Below are positions 8,545 through 17,553 of a DNA stretch of 64,000 bases, piece by piece. Below the pieces are notes generated by a model that saw only the letters and a list, made by a program, of their open reading frames with translations, was not told the origin of the DNA and did not search any database. The position numbers and the translations under genes were made by a program. Every line of letters begins with the position of its first letter. Position 1 is the stretch's first letter. Source of the DNA: Bacillota bacterium (lineage in GTDB: Bacteria; Bacillota; Clostridia; Acetivibrionales; JANLFN01); assembly GCA_030705825.1 (NCBI GenBank), contig JAUZPR010000004.1, forward strand, positions 222-64,221, written 5' to 3'.

Positions 8545-9966
8545 TCAGGACAATGCTTCTTCGTATACCTTCTTATATTCTGCCTGCATGTTTTTTATTG
8601 TGTAATATTTACTGACTCTCTGCTTTCCAACCTCACCCATCCTTTTACGCATAGATTCATCCAGAGCCAAATGTACAATTGCTTTGGCTATTGCAGTGGA
8701 ATCCATAACAGGTACAAGGATACCAGCTCGGTCTTGGCCTTGGCTGGCACCGTAAACTAATTCACTGCAGCAGCCTACATCGGTAACAATAATGGGCTTG
8801 GAATAAGCCATGGCTTCAAGTATGGAAAGGGGCTGGCCTTCACTGATACTGGTCAGTATAACAATATCCATGGAAAATAAGGTGTGCAAATAGGTGTTGT
8901 AATCAACTCTTTTTGTAAAAACAACATCACAGATATTCTCTTTTTTTATATAATCCAATACATATTCAAAATATTCTTCATCTTCATTAGTAGGTCCCAT
9001 AATAACCAACTTCAATGCGGGTACTTCTTTTTTAGCCAGTTTAAAGGACCTGACCATTGTTATAATATCCTTTATAGGTACTACTCTGGCAATTGCACCT
9101 AATACTATACTATCATCATAAAGCTTGTTATCGAAGGTCTTGTTATAATCCTCAACATTCATACCGTTGGGAATAATCAAAGTTTTTTGTATGTCTGCAC
9201 CTATTCCAATCTGAATACTTCTGTTTCTTTCAAATTGAGTTACTATTCTTTGTGAAAATTCATATGCACATTTTGACATTGAAACGAAATATTTTACCCA
9301 AAGCTCTTTTGCATATCCCATTATTAAATTGGTCTTTATTATTTCCTCCTCTCTTTCCCTTGTATAAATGCCATGCTCTGTTAAAATAAAGGGTTTCTTT
9401 TTAAAATAATTCATTTTAGATGCAACAATACCAGGGAACCCGGCTGAGACACAATGGTATACATCAGCTTCGGGAACGTCCTCCGAAAGGACATAAAACT
9501 GGTATATGTACATTGTTCTGATTGACCACAAAAAATCATTGAACGGAGCATTCGGAAAGTCTGTTTTATATATATCCTGTACTATTTCATAAAATTCAGA
9601 TGAATTAAAAAAGTCAATCAGATTATTTCCCTTGATTCTTTCAATAAATTCAAAAAGCATAGGCCAATCGGAATATCTTCCTGAAAAATGATTCGATAAA
9701 GCCTCTCTTTCACGATTGTCTTTGATAAAATGACGAGAAAGCCAGTGCACTTTCTTTTTTACAGGGGTATCCAAAAAGATTTCTTTAATATGTATCATAT
9801 TATCCGGTATTTTACAGCTGTATTTACCTTTGTCTTTTTCTTTTGCACCTATGGCAAATGTTACAAATTGAAGGTCGGTAAAGCACTTGAGGAAAATATT
9901 CAACCAGCTGGTAATACCCCCGATCATATAAGGATAACTTCCTTCAGTAATTATGCATATCTTCAT
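8545..9966 (-). CDS. pelF: PelF-like GT4 glycosyltransferase.
   Basis: Preferred start MKICIITEGSYPYMIGGITSW (ATG 9966, GAGGGA RBS) matches the PelF/DUF3492-type N-terminus. The C-terminal GT-B motif is SISEGQPLSILEAMAYSKPIIVTDVG. Confidence 0.8.
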   Translation of the reverse strand: MKICIITEGSYPYMIGGITSWLNIFLKCFTDLQFVTFAIGAKEKDKGKYSCKIPDNMIHIKEIFLDTPVKKKVHWLSRHFIKDNREREALSNHFSGRYSDWPMLFEFIERIKGNNLIDFFNSSEFYEIVQDIYKTDFPNAPFNDFLWSIRTMYIYQFYVLSEDVPEADVYHCVSAGFPGIVASKMNYFKKKPFILTEHGIYTREREEEIIKTNLIMGYAKELWVKYFVSMSKCAYEFSQRIVTQFERNRSIQIGIGADIQKTLIIPNGMNVEDYNKTFDNKLYDDSIVLGAIARVVPIKDIITMVRSFKLAKKEVPALKLVIMGPTNEDEEYFEYVLDYIKKENICDVVFTKRVDYNTYLHTLFSMDIVILTSISEGQPLSILEAMAYSKPIIVTDVGCCSELVYGASQGQDRAGILVPVMDSTAIAKAIVHLALDESMRKRMGEVGKQRVSKYYTIKNMQAEYKKVYEEALS

Positions 9967-10001
9967 TAGCTTAATCCCTCTTATACATTTATAGAATTTC
10001 A

Positions 10002-10913
10002 TTACGTAAGAATATTTCTGTTCCAGAAATTAACCATACCGGCTGCCTTATCGGTTAAAAGCAAATCTTTTTCGGATATTGCCTGCAATGTGTCAATAAA
10101 AATATTGGGGTTATTACTCAAATAGCAAAATTCCAGTAAAGCCAGGTATGAATTTTCGCTTCTTGGATACTTACTTATAAATGATTTGCATGAAGCATAA
10201 GCACTGTATAATTCCATTAAAATCAATTCATTTTTTATTTTATTAATAAAATATTTTTCTTCAGGCAGATTATCTATTGAGAAAAGGGTATTAAATACTT
10301 TAAATAAACTTTTCCTATTTTCAAAAGTTGCTGTGTTATTAAGTTCTTCCCATTCGATCAAATCCAAATAAGCATCAATCAGCAGCTTACAATTTTTAAT
10401 GTCATTTTGCTTTTTTTGAAATTCATTTTTTCTTTTGCAAAAGTTTTCGTTTGTTTTGCGCATTATATCTGTTATTGCAGCAGAAGAATAATGGACTATC
10501 TCCGGATCTTCATCCAGTAATGCTTTATTTAGAAAAGGTAATATGGTAGTATAATCCTGGTTTATGCAGTTGAAGAATCTTTTCCTTCTTTGTATTGAAT
10601 CTTTAATTTCAAATATTAAGTCTATAGACAAGACATCATTAAAATTAATATTATTCTCATCTGAAATAACAACTTCTGAAAAGGTTGGGTTGATTTCATC
10701 CTCAGCAATTAATTCGCTTGGATCATAGCTTTTATTTTTTGCAAGTATATCTACAGTAAACATCATAATAAGCCCAAAAAACGGTAATGCGGATATTATA
10801 ATAATACGCGGAAGAAAATTATACTTGGCAAATATCTTAATAAAAACAGAATATATTGCGGCTATTAAAAAATTGATTAATAAAGCAAGTATATAAATAT
10901 TCATATTGAACAT
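10002..10913 (-). CDS. pelE: PelE-like membrane-anchored helical-repeat protein.
   Basis: Two N-terminal hydrophobic helices are followed by an all-helical, TPR-like region. The gene lies between PelD-like and PelF-like genes. The alternative ATG at 10904 forms an ATGA overlap with the pelD stop (10901-10903). The assignment rests on position and architecture, not on a diagnostic motif. Confidence 0.55.
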   Translation of the reverse strand: MFNMNIYILALLINFLIAAIYSVFIKIFAKYNFLPRIIIISALPFFGLIMMFTVDILAKNKSYDPSELIAEDEINPTFSEVVISDENNINFNDVLSIDLIFEIKDSIQRRKRFFNCINQDYTTILPFLNKALLDEDPEIVHYSSAAITDIMRKTNENFCKRKNEFQKKQNDIKNCKLLIDAYLDLIEWEELNNTATFENRKSLFKVFNTLFSIDNLPEEKYFINKIKNELILMELYSAYASCKSFISKYPRSENSYLALLEFCYLSNNPNIFIDTLQAISEKDLLLTDKAAGMVNFWNRNILT

Positions 10914-12625
10914 CCCTTAAAGATTTTAAAAGAATAATAATGTGATATCAGTTCTCCAAGAAAAGTAAGCAAATATTCCATTTCAGCTGTTATTCTGTCA
11001 AAATTGATTCCGTTGAATGTGATTATTCCAAAAACGTATTTATTGGTTTCATCAATAAGAGGTAAGGCAATCATGGGATTTACATCGAAACTTTTATTAA
11101 CATAAATAGACTTGTCTTCAATTAGTTTTTTAAAAAAATCCGGGTTTCTTAATTCGGGTACTTGATTTTCAGATAACAGATAGAAATTTACTTCCTTAAA
11201 TCCGGTTATTTCGCGTACAATTTGAGGAATAGCAGCTTTAAATTCACTTATTGCAGTATTTTCAATTTTCTTTATAGCCATTAATACTTTAATAATATTG
11301 CAATCAGCTATCTTTAGCTGTTCTGCCAGGATTGATGCCGATTTTCTTGTGTCGGATAAATTATTTTTAATACTTGCATAGAGCTGTTCCAATCTTAAAT
11401 AAGACTCTTTAAGCTGCTGCAATTCAAGTTTCTTAGACGAAATGCTGAATCCTGACAGTAATGCTATAAGAAAATAAAGTATGTATGTTTCTATTGTATT
11501 TAGGTTTAATGCAAAACTGCCATTAAAATATGCCTGAATATCGGTTGAAGCAATAGAGAGTACAGCTGATATTATGGAATGTTTAATACCATATAATAGT
11601 CCCATAATTATTATACATAATATTTTTGTATCGAAATGGAGCCGTATAATATTTGAAATCCATACAGCAAACAGAGTCAACAGGATATTTTCAACCCATG
11701 GTAAAATAAGATGCTTTTTCTTTATTTTTTTTGGAGGTTCGGTTTTATTTGATTTATGAGCCTCGAATTTTAAAAACCATTTATAGGTTTTATCAAGGCC
11801 AAAAGTCAGGGGTGTATTAATATAAATATCCAGTTTGATTTCATAGTTGGGGGAATACTTGACTGGCTGATGTCCCCTATAAGATTCAGCTATGCTATTT
11901 GAAAATTTACTATATATATCATTAACGAGTTTATTTATTTCAATAATATCTCCGCGCAACTCCAAAATTCCGCTGGAACTGCTTTCTATTATATTACACA
12001 GCTCTTCTACGGCATCGAAAATGTATAATAATTCTATTAGTTTAATATGCTCAGGCAAATATTCCCGCCTGACATAAGCAGATTTGAATAACTCAAGAAC
12101 TACTCCGCCTTCGCCGCGGATATTCTGACCAGGGCCATAAACAGGAGGCATTCTGACAATAGCAGTATTTAAATGGTATACCCGGCTGTAGGTAGAACAA
12201 TACTGCTCACAGGTTTTTCTGTTCATATAATAGACACCGTTTTTATTATTTTCATTTAATATCTCAGATTCATCATAATTAGATAAGAATAACGTGGAAA
12301 GGAATACAAATCTTGAAACATTGAATTCTACACAAAGATTGAGTGTATTTATGACAGGATCCAACTCGGGGATATATATTTTCCCCATATTGTCAAATGT
12401 GTTTCCGGCTGCGTAAATTACTGCGTCAAAGTGACCTGATTCAAAAATATCCCTGCAATCTTTTGATGAGGCATCAAGTTTATAATATTCAAATTTATGA
12501 ATAAAAGTATGGTGGTTTTCCTCTTGATTTGAGTCTATAACTGTAACAATATGCTTTTTTAAAAGCAATTCGTTTACCAGGTTTTTACCTATAAAACCAT
12601 TTCCCCCTATCACAAGAATGTTCAT
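10901..12625 (-). CDS. pelD: PelD-like protein with an N-terminal SDR (epimerase-like) domain, 4 TM helices and a C-terminal GAF-like domain. No GGDEF domain.
   Basis: MNILVIGGNGFIGKNLV (Rossmann) plus roughly 290 aa with an SDR-like layout. A hydrophobic block follows (about aa 305-400). The last roughly 170 aa look like a single GAF-like fold and then the protein ends. RBS GAGGGGGA. First gene of the operon. Confidence 0.65.
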   Translation of the reverse strand: MNILVIGGNGFIGKNLVNELLLKKHIVTVIDSNQEENHHTFIHKFEYYKLDASSKDCRDIFESGHFDAVIYAAGNTFDNMGKIYIPELDPVINTLNLCVEFNVSRFVFLSTLFLSNYDESEILNENNKNGVYYMNRKTCEQYCSTYSRVYHLNTAIVRMPPVYGPGQNIRGEGGVVLELFKSAYVRREYLPEHIKLIELLYIFDAVEELCNIIESSSSGILELRGDIIEINKLVNDIYSKFSNSIAESYRGHQPVKYSPNYEIKLDIYINTPLTFGLDKTYKWFLKFEAHKSNKTEPPKKIKKKHLILPWVENILLTLFAVWISNIIRLHFDTKILCIIIMGLLYGIKHSIISAVLSIASTDIQAYFNGSFALNLNTIETYILYFLIALLSGFSISSKKLELQQLKESYLRLEQLYASIKNNLSDTRKSASILAEQLKIADCNIIKVLMAIKKIENTAISEFKAAIPQIVREITGFKEVNFYLLSENQVPELRNPDFFKKLIEDKSIYVNKSFDVNPMIALPLIDETNKYVFGIITFNGINFDRITAEMEYLLTFLGELISHYYSFKIFKGCSI

Positions 12626-12732
12626 TAGTAAGTTTGTCCCCCTCGTAAATACATTTTTTATCTAATACAAATTGTATAATATTTATAGATATTCATATTA
12701 AATTGGTATTAGCACTTAATAATAAAATTCTT

Positions 12733-12768
12733 AAAAAAAAATTAGGTATATTCGCATACCTAATTTTT
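12733..12768 (-). terminator. Intrinsic terminator after the MFS gene, upstream of the pel operon.
   Basis: Stem attaggtat / atacctaat. Read on the minus strand it is followed by a run of 9 T. Confidence 0.75.
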
Positions 12769-12831
12769 GAGAAAGCATATTAATTTTTTAGGGGATAGGA
12801 AATGTAATATTTATGCCTGATAATTATTAGT

Positions 12832-14265
12832 TTATTGCTTTTTAAGCCTGCCGCCCTCAGTAACCGAACGTGTCAGGCTTATAATTACAGCCAGCAGACA
12901 TGACAGCCCGGCCAAAATTGCAACATATCTGAAGCCTTTCATAAAGATGGCTGCATCAAAACCGCTGCCGGTGTTTCCAAATTTATTTATGTCCATTTTA
13001 GTAACTGCAGTAAATAATAGAACTGAAAATGTAGCACCTGAAACCATACCCAGATTTCTGAAAAGTGCGTTTATACCACCTGCGATACCAAGCCTGTCCT
13101 TCGGTACCGAGCCCATAATGCTGTTATTGTTGGGTGATTGGAATATAGCCACACCCAGGCCTAGTAAAGCCATTAAAATAATTATCTCAAAAAACGATGT
13201 TTTAGTGTTTAGTGTAGTCAGATAAAAAAGCACAATTGTATTTATAGTCAAACCGGTTACCGTTAGGGGCCTGTAGGTAATCCTGTCGGAAAGCCATCCG
13301 CTTATGGGAGCTACAATGGCAGTTGTTGCCGGATATGCCGAAATAAGAAGTCCTGCGGTAAGAGTATCCAGCTTCATTGCATATTGCAGGTAAAAAGGGA
13401 TGAACATTGTAGTTGAAAAGGTAGCTATAAAGGATAGGTATGCCGAACTGATACCCATTGAAAATACCCTGCTTTTAAACAATTCCAAATGGATAAGAGG
13501 ATTTTCCGCCTTCCTCTCGGTCCGTATCAAAAAATAAGTTATGATTGCCGAGGCTATAAGCATTGGTATAAAAACATCAAGCTTTATGACATTATCCTCA
13601 ACAAATAAAAGTCCCAGAAATAGCAACATTATTGAAGATACCATCATTAAAGAGCCTTTTATATCGAATTTGCCTGAGTGAGGATTTCCGGGCAAGTCAG
13701 GAATTATTATTAATGTAAGGATGGTGCCGATTATTCCTACCGGGATATTTATTAAGAATATGGACTGCCAGCCTGCAAGATGGACAAGCACACCTCCGAG
13801 ACTAGGGCCAACAAGGCTTCCGATTGCTACTGTCGTTCCGGTAATTCCAAGCGCCATACCTCTCTCTTTAGGAGGAAATGTTGCAGTAACTATACCCTGG
13901 CTGAGAGCCATCATGGAAGATGCACCAACGGCTTGCAATATCCTTGAAAAAACAAGGAATACCAGGCTGTGTGATAATCCGCACAGACCGGATCCGAATG
14001 TAAAAACAATGAATCCGAATAGAAAGATCTTCTTTTTTCCTCTTAAATCGGAAATTTTACCCCAGATTAAAAGTAGAACAGATATGGTAAGCAAATAGGA
14101 TGTTACCACCCATTGTATTGATTCTATTGTTACCGAAAGCTTTCCCGACATGACAGGAAGGGCGATATTAACTATGCTTCCGTCCAGTGTTGCCATAAAT
14201 ACCGATACCGATACATTAAAAAGTATCAGCCATTTGTGTAGCTTGTGCTGCTGTTGCTGTTCCAT
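12832..14265 (-). CDS. MFS transporter, 14-TMS DHA2 (EmrB/QacA-like) type.
   Basis: Preferred start MEQQQQHKLHKW (ATG 14265, GGAGG 5 nt upstream). LDGSIVNIALP and GKISDLRGKKK are typical MFS/DHA2 motifs. Hydrophobic throughout. Confidence 0.8.
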   Translation of the reverse strand: MEQQQQHKLHKWLILFNVSVSVFMATLDGSIVNIALPVMSGKLSVTIESIQWVVTSYLLTISVLLLIWGKISDLRGKKKIFLFGFIVFTFGSGLCGLSHSLVFLVFSRILQAVGASSMMALSQGIVTATFPPKERGMALGITGTTVAIGSLVGPSLGGVLVHLAGWQSIFLINIPVGIIGTILTLIIIPDLPGNPHSGKFDIKGSLMMVSSIMLLFLGLLFVEDNVIKLDVFIPMLIASAIITYFLIRTERKAENPLIHLELFKSRVFSMGISSAYLSFIATFSTTMFIPFYLQYAMKLDTLTAGLLISAYPATTAIVAPISGWLSDRITYRPLTVTGLTINTIVLFYLTTLNTKTSFFEIIILMALLGLGVAIFQSPNNNSIMGSVPKDRLGIAGGINALFRNLGMVSGATFSVLLFTAVTKMDINKFGNTGSGFDAAIFMKGFRYVAILAGLSCLLAVIISLTRSVTEGGRLKKQ

Positions 14266-14437
14266 ATTTCCCTCCGATAAACTTATGCTGCCCAACTTTC
14301 CTATAAAAATCAGTTCGATTAAATGCTTAAAGTAGATTATATATAATACTGGGAAAGTTGTCACTTTATATAATAACATTGAAAGAGGGTTTGTACAGAT
14401 ATTTTACTGGTATTTATGTATAGGTTTCCAAAAGGTT

Positions 14438-14917
14438 TTATTCATTTATAAATTTTTTGAATTTTTCCATTATATCCGGGAATGTATCAAAGAATCGGTT
14501 AAGAAGTTCTATCCTGTGCAGGGTGTTTGCAGTTATATTGTGTTCAATAAGCTCTGTTTCAAATAGGATACTTTCGGTTACTCCGATGTGGCGCAAAAAA
14601 TCTTCTAAAACTGCATGCCTGTTAAATAGGAACTTTCCTATTTCTTTTCCATTCTCGGTAAGAAAAATGATTCCATACTTTTTGTAATCTAAAAGCCCCA
14701 AATGGGTAAGCTTCTGTACCATTTTTGTTGCTGAAGGAGCCTGGACATTCAAAAGCTCTGCAAGCTCATTAATACGGATATAGCCCTCCTCAAGACTATT
14801 CCGGTAAATCATCTCAAGATAATCCTCCATAGATGAGGTCAAAAGCTTGTTATTTTGTTCAAGCAGCTGGTATCCCCTGACCGTGTAAAATTTCTGTGGT
14901 TCTTCCATATTGCTCAC
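14438..14917 (-). CDS. mntR: DtxR-family, MntR-like manganese-responsive transcriptional regulator.
   Basis: SMEDYLEMIY...ATKMVQKL...NRHAVLEDFL...ELIEHN aligns by eye with B. subtilis MntR, including the positions of the metal ligands (D, E, H, E, E, H). Confidence 0.65.
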   Translation of the reverse strand: MSNMEEPQKFYTVRGYQLLEQNNKLLTSSMEDYLEMIYRNSLEEGYIRINELAELLNVQAPSATKMVQKLTHLGLLDYKKYGIIFLTENGKEIGKFLFNRHAVLEDFLRHIGVTESILFETELIEHNITANTLHRIELLNRFFDTFPDIMEKFKKFINE

Positions 14918-15123
14918 TACCTTTATTGTTATAATTAATTGTATTCCGGCCTGGAAGCAAATATATTAGAAAAATCATTTGTTAAAAAGGTTTTGAACAT
15001 AAAACTATAAATGTACTATTCGTTGTACAGGAATTAGTGTAGAATATATGGAAAAGCGATATGAAATACAACGGTTAATTGATTCGGGGACTTTATCAAG
15101 CGGATACAGAAAGGGATTTCATA

Positions 15124-16143
15124 ATGAATTATACAAAACTGGGACGTACTAATCTAACAGTAGGCAGAACAGGCTTTGGAGCCCTTCCGATACAAAGGGT
15201 CAGCTTTGAGGAGGCAAGACTGCTGCTCAGAAAAGCATTTGACAATGGCGTGAATTTTTTCGATACAGCCAGAGCATATACCAATAGTGAGGAAAAGATA
15301 GGATATTCACTTTCAGATATAAGAAAGGAAATTTATATTGCAACAAAAAGCGGTGCAACTGACAAGAAAACATTCTTTGAACATATTGAAACAAGCCTCA
15401 AAAATTTGAAAACTGATTATATTGACATAATTCAACTTCATAATCCTGATAAGCTGCCTGATCCAAAGGATCCGGATGGTTTGTACAGTGCATTGCTTGA
15501 GGCCAGGCAAAAAGGTATTGTTAGATTTATAGGCATTACCAGCCATAAACTTTCGAATGCTTTGGAAGCTGCCGAAAGCGGCCTGTATGATACGGTACAA
15601 TTCCCCTTAAGTTCGCTTTCATCCGACCAGGATCTTAAAGTGGTGGACGTCTGCAAAAAAAACAATGTAGGGCTTATTGCCATGAAAGCCTTGTCAGGAG
15701 GTCTTATTACCAATGCGGCATCTTCCTTTGCCTTTTTGAGGCAGTATGAAAATGTTGTCCCCATATGGGGAGTCCAGAGGGAAGTTGAACTGGATGAAAT
15801 ACTTGGCTATGAAAAAACCCCTCCTGAATTGGATGATAAAATGCTTGAAATTATAAGGAAGGACAGGGAGGAATTAAGCGGTTCCTTCTGCAGAGGCTGC
15901 GGCTACTGTATGCCTTGCCCGGCGGGAATACAGATTCCTATGGCTGCAAGGATGTCTCTGCTGCTCAGAAGATCTCCATATCAAAACCTCATAAATGAAT
16001 ATTGGAGAGAGAATATGGAGTTGATAGAAAAATGTACCCAATGCAATAATTGCAGAAATCACTGCCCATACGGCCTAGATACGCCTAATCTTTTGAAATT
16101 CATGCTTAAGGATTACAGAGAATTCTATAAAGAACATATATAA
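15124..16143 (+). CDS. Aldo/keto reductase with a C-terminal Cys-rich Fe-S region.
   Basis: Preferred start MNYTKLGRTNLTVGRTGFG (ATG 15124). GVNFFDTARAYTNSE is the AKR signature. The C-terminus carries CRGCGYCMPCP and CTQCNNCRNHCP cluster motifs. Confidence 0.8.
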   Translation: MNYTKLGRTNLTVGRTGFGALPIQRVSFEEARLLLRKAFDNGVNFFDTARAYTNSEEKIGYSLSDIRKEIYIATKSGATDKKTFFEHIETSLKNLKTDYIDIIQLHNPDKLPDPKDPDGLYSALLEARQKGIVRFIGITSHKLSNALEAAESGLYDTVQFPLSSLSSDQDLKVVDVCKKNNVGLIAMKALSGGLITNAASSFAFLRQYENVVPIWGVQREVELDEILGYEKTPPELDDKMLEIIRKDREELSGSFCRGCGYCMPCPAGIQIPMAARMSLLLRRSPYQNLINEYWRENMELIEKCTQCNNCRNHCPYGLDTPNLLKFMLKDYREFYKEHI

Positions 16144-16268
16144 AAAACAAGCTAATGCTCTTTACATTTTATTATATATGAACAGATTGGAAAGCTAAAA
16201 AATTATTTCCTGCAATTTATTTTTTCAAAATATATTGAAAACCATAGGGAATAACCAATAAGGCTTAT

Positions 16269-16297
16269 TTGACTGTCTATTTCTAATGTGATAAAAT
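16269..16297 (+). promoter_or_regulatory. Sigma-A-like promoter for the ATP-grasp/PHP/deacetylase operon.
   Basis: TTGACT (16269-16274), 17-nt spacer, TAAAAT (16292-16297). Confidence 0.55.
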
Positions 16298-16337
16298 TCT
16301 GTCTGTAAGGAATTACATAAAAAGGGAGTCTTGATAC

Positions 16338-17552
16338 TTGAACAGGGCATTGATTACAGATGTGCATTATCGTATGGGGTTGGCTGCAGTCAGGTCTCTT
16401 GGCAGGAGGTCAATACCGGTTACTGCGGTGGAATTTAATAATATTCCCCAGAAATCAGTTTTGGGGTTTTATTCCCGCTATACAGATGATAAAAAGATTG
16501 TACCCAATGCATTGGAAAATCAAATGGAGTTTGTAAACAGCATTATTAAAATTGCTGAGGAACAGCAGAATACCGCCGCAAACCATATGGACAAGCCGGT
16601 GCTAATACCAGTTGGTTTGGACAGTCTGATGGCGGTATCCAGATATGATAAACTTCTGGAACCTTATTATGATTTCGTAGTTCCGCCTTTGGAAAGTATT
16701 GAAATTGCAAATGATACCGAGAAACTGCTCGAGGTAGCTGAAAAAATAGGTGTACCATATCCCGAGTCAACTACTTTAGCTGAGAATGAGACGGTTGAGC
16801 ATTTATCACAGAGGATAGGATATCCTGTAGTAATAAAATACCGTAAGGGCGAACTTTTAAAATTAAGTGCCGGTAAGAGATATAGAATAATTCACGATCA
16901 AAAAACCTTTATTGAAGCATTTAAAGAGATGCATGCAATACAAAAGTATCCTCTAGTGCAGAGATATGTTAGCGGTACGGGTTTCGGCGTTTCCGTAGTG
17001 TTTGACAGACGTGGAGAACCGCTGGAAATATTCTGCCATAAAAGGTTGAGGGAATATCCTGCAACCGGGGGTCCAAGCTGCTTCTGTGAAAGTGTTTGGG
17101 ATGACAGGTTGGTAGACTATGCAGTAAAATTACTTAAGGCATTAAATTGGCGCGGTGTGGCAATGGTAGAATTCAAAGGTGATCTTGATTATGAGGTGTG
17201 CCTGATGGAAATAAATCCGAGGTTTTGGGGAAGCCTTCCTTTGTCAATTGCTTCGGGATGCGATATACCTTATGCAATTTACCGTGCAGCATCCTGGGAA
17301 TTTTCGAAGGAAAATGATGCGACGGGATATAAATGGAGTCCAGAAAGATATAAAAAAGGAAAACGGATGCGTTACCTACTGCAGGATATAATGACATTAC
17401 CAGGTTATTTAAAGATTACGAAAAATAAAGCCGGATTTCTTGCAAAATTTACAGCTCAATTATTTAATCCCACCATTTCAGAGGGAGTTTTTGAATTTAA
17501 AGATTGGAAGCCATCATTGGCATATTTGAGACAAGCAGTAAAGAAAATATAA
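16338..17552 (+). CDS. ATP-grasp domain enzyme (carboxylate-amine/thiol ligase superfamily), substrate unknown.
   Basis: TTG start after AAAGGGAG. GYPVVIKYRKG, EYPATGGPS, GVAMVEFK and MEINPRFWGS are typical ATP-grasp elements. Confidence 0.75.
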   Translation: MNRALITDVHYRMGLAAVRSLGRRSIPVTAVEFNNIPQKSVLGFYSRYTDDKKIVPNALENQMEFVNSIIKIAEEQQNTAANHMDKPVLIPVGLDSLMAVSRYDKLLEPYYDFVVPPLESIEIANDTEKLLEVAEKIGVPYPESTTLAENETVEHLSQRIGYPVVIKYRKGELLKLSAGKRYRIIHDQKTFIEAFKEMHAIQKYPLVQRYVSGTGFGVSVVFDRRGEPLEIFCHKRLREYPATGGPSCFCESVWDDRLVDYAVKLLKALNWRGVAMVEFKGDLDYEVCLMEINPRFWGSLPLSIASGCDIPYAIYRAASWEFSKENDATGYKWSPERYKKGKRMRYLLQDIMTLPGYLKITKNKAGFLAKFTAQLFNPTISEGVFEFKDWKPSLAYLRQAVKKI

Positions 17553-17553
17553 T

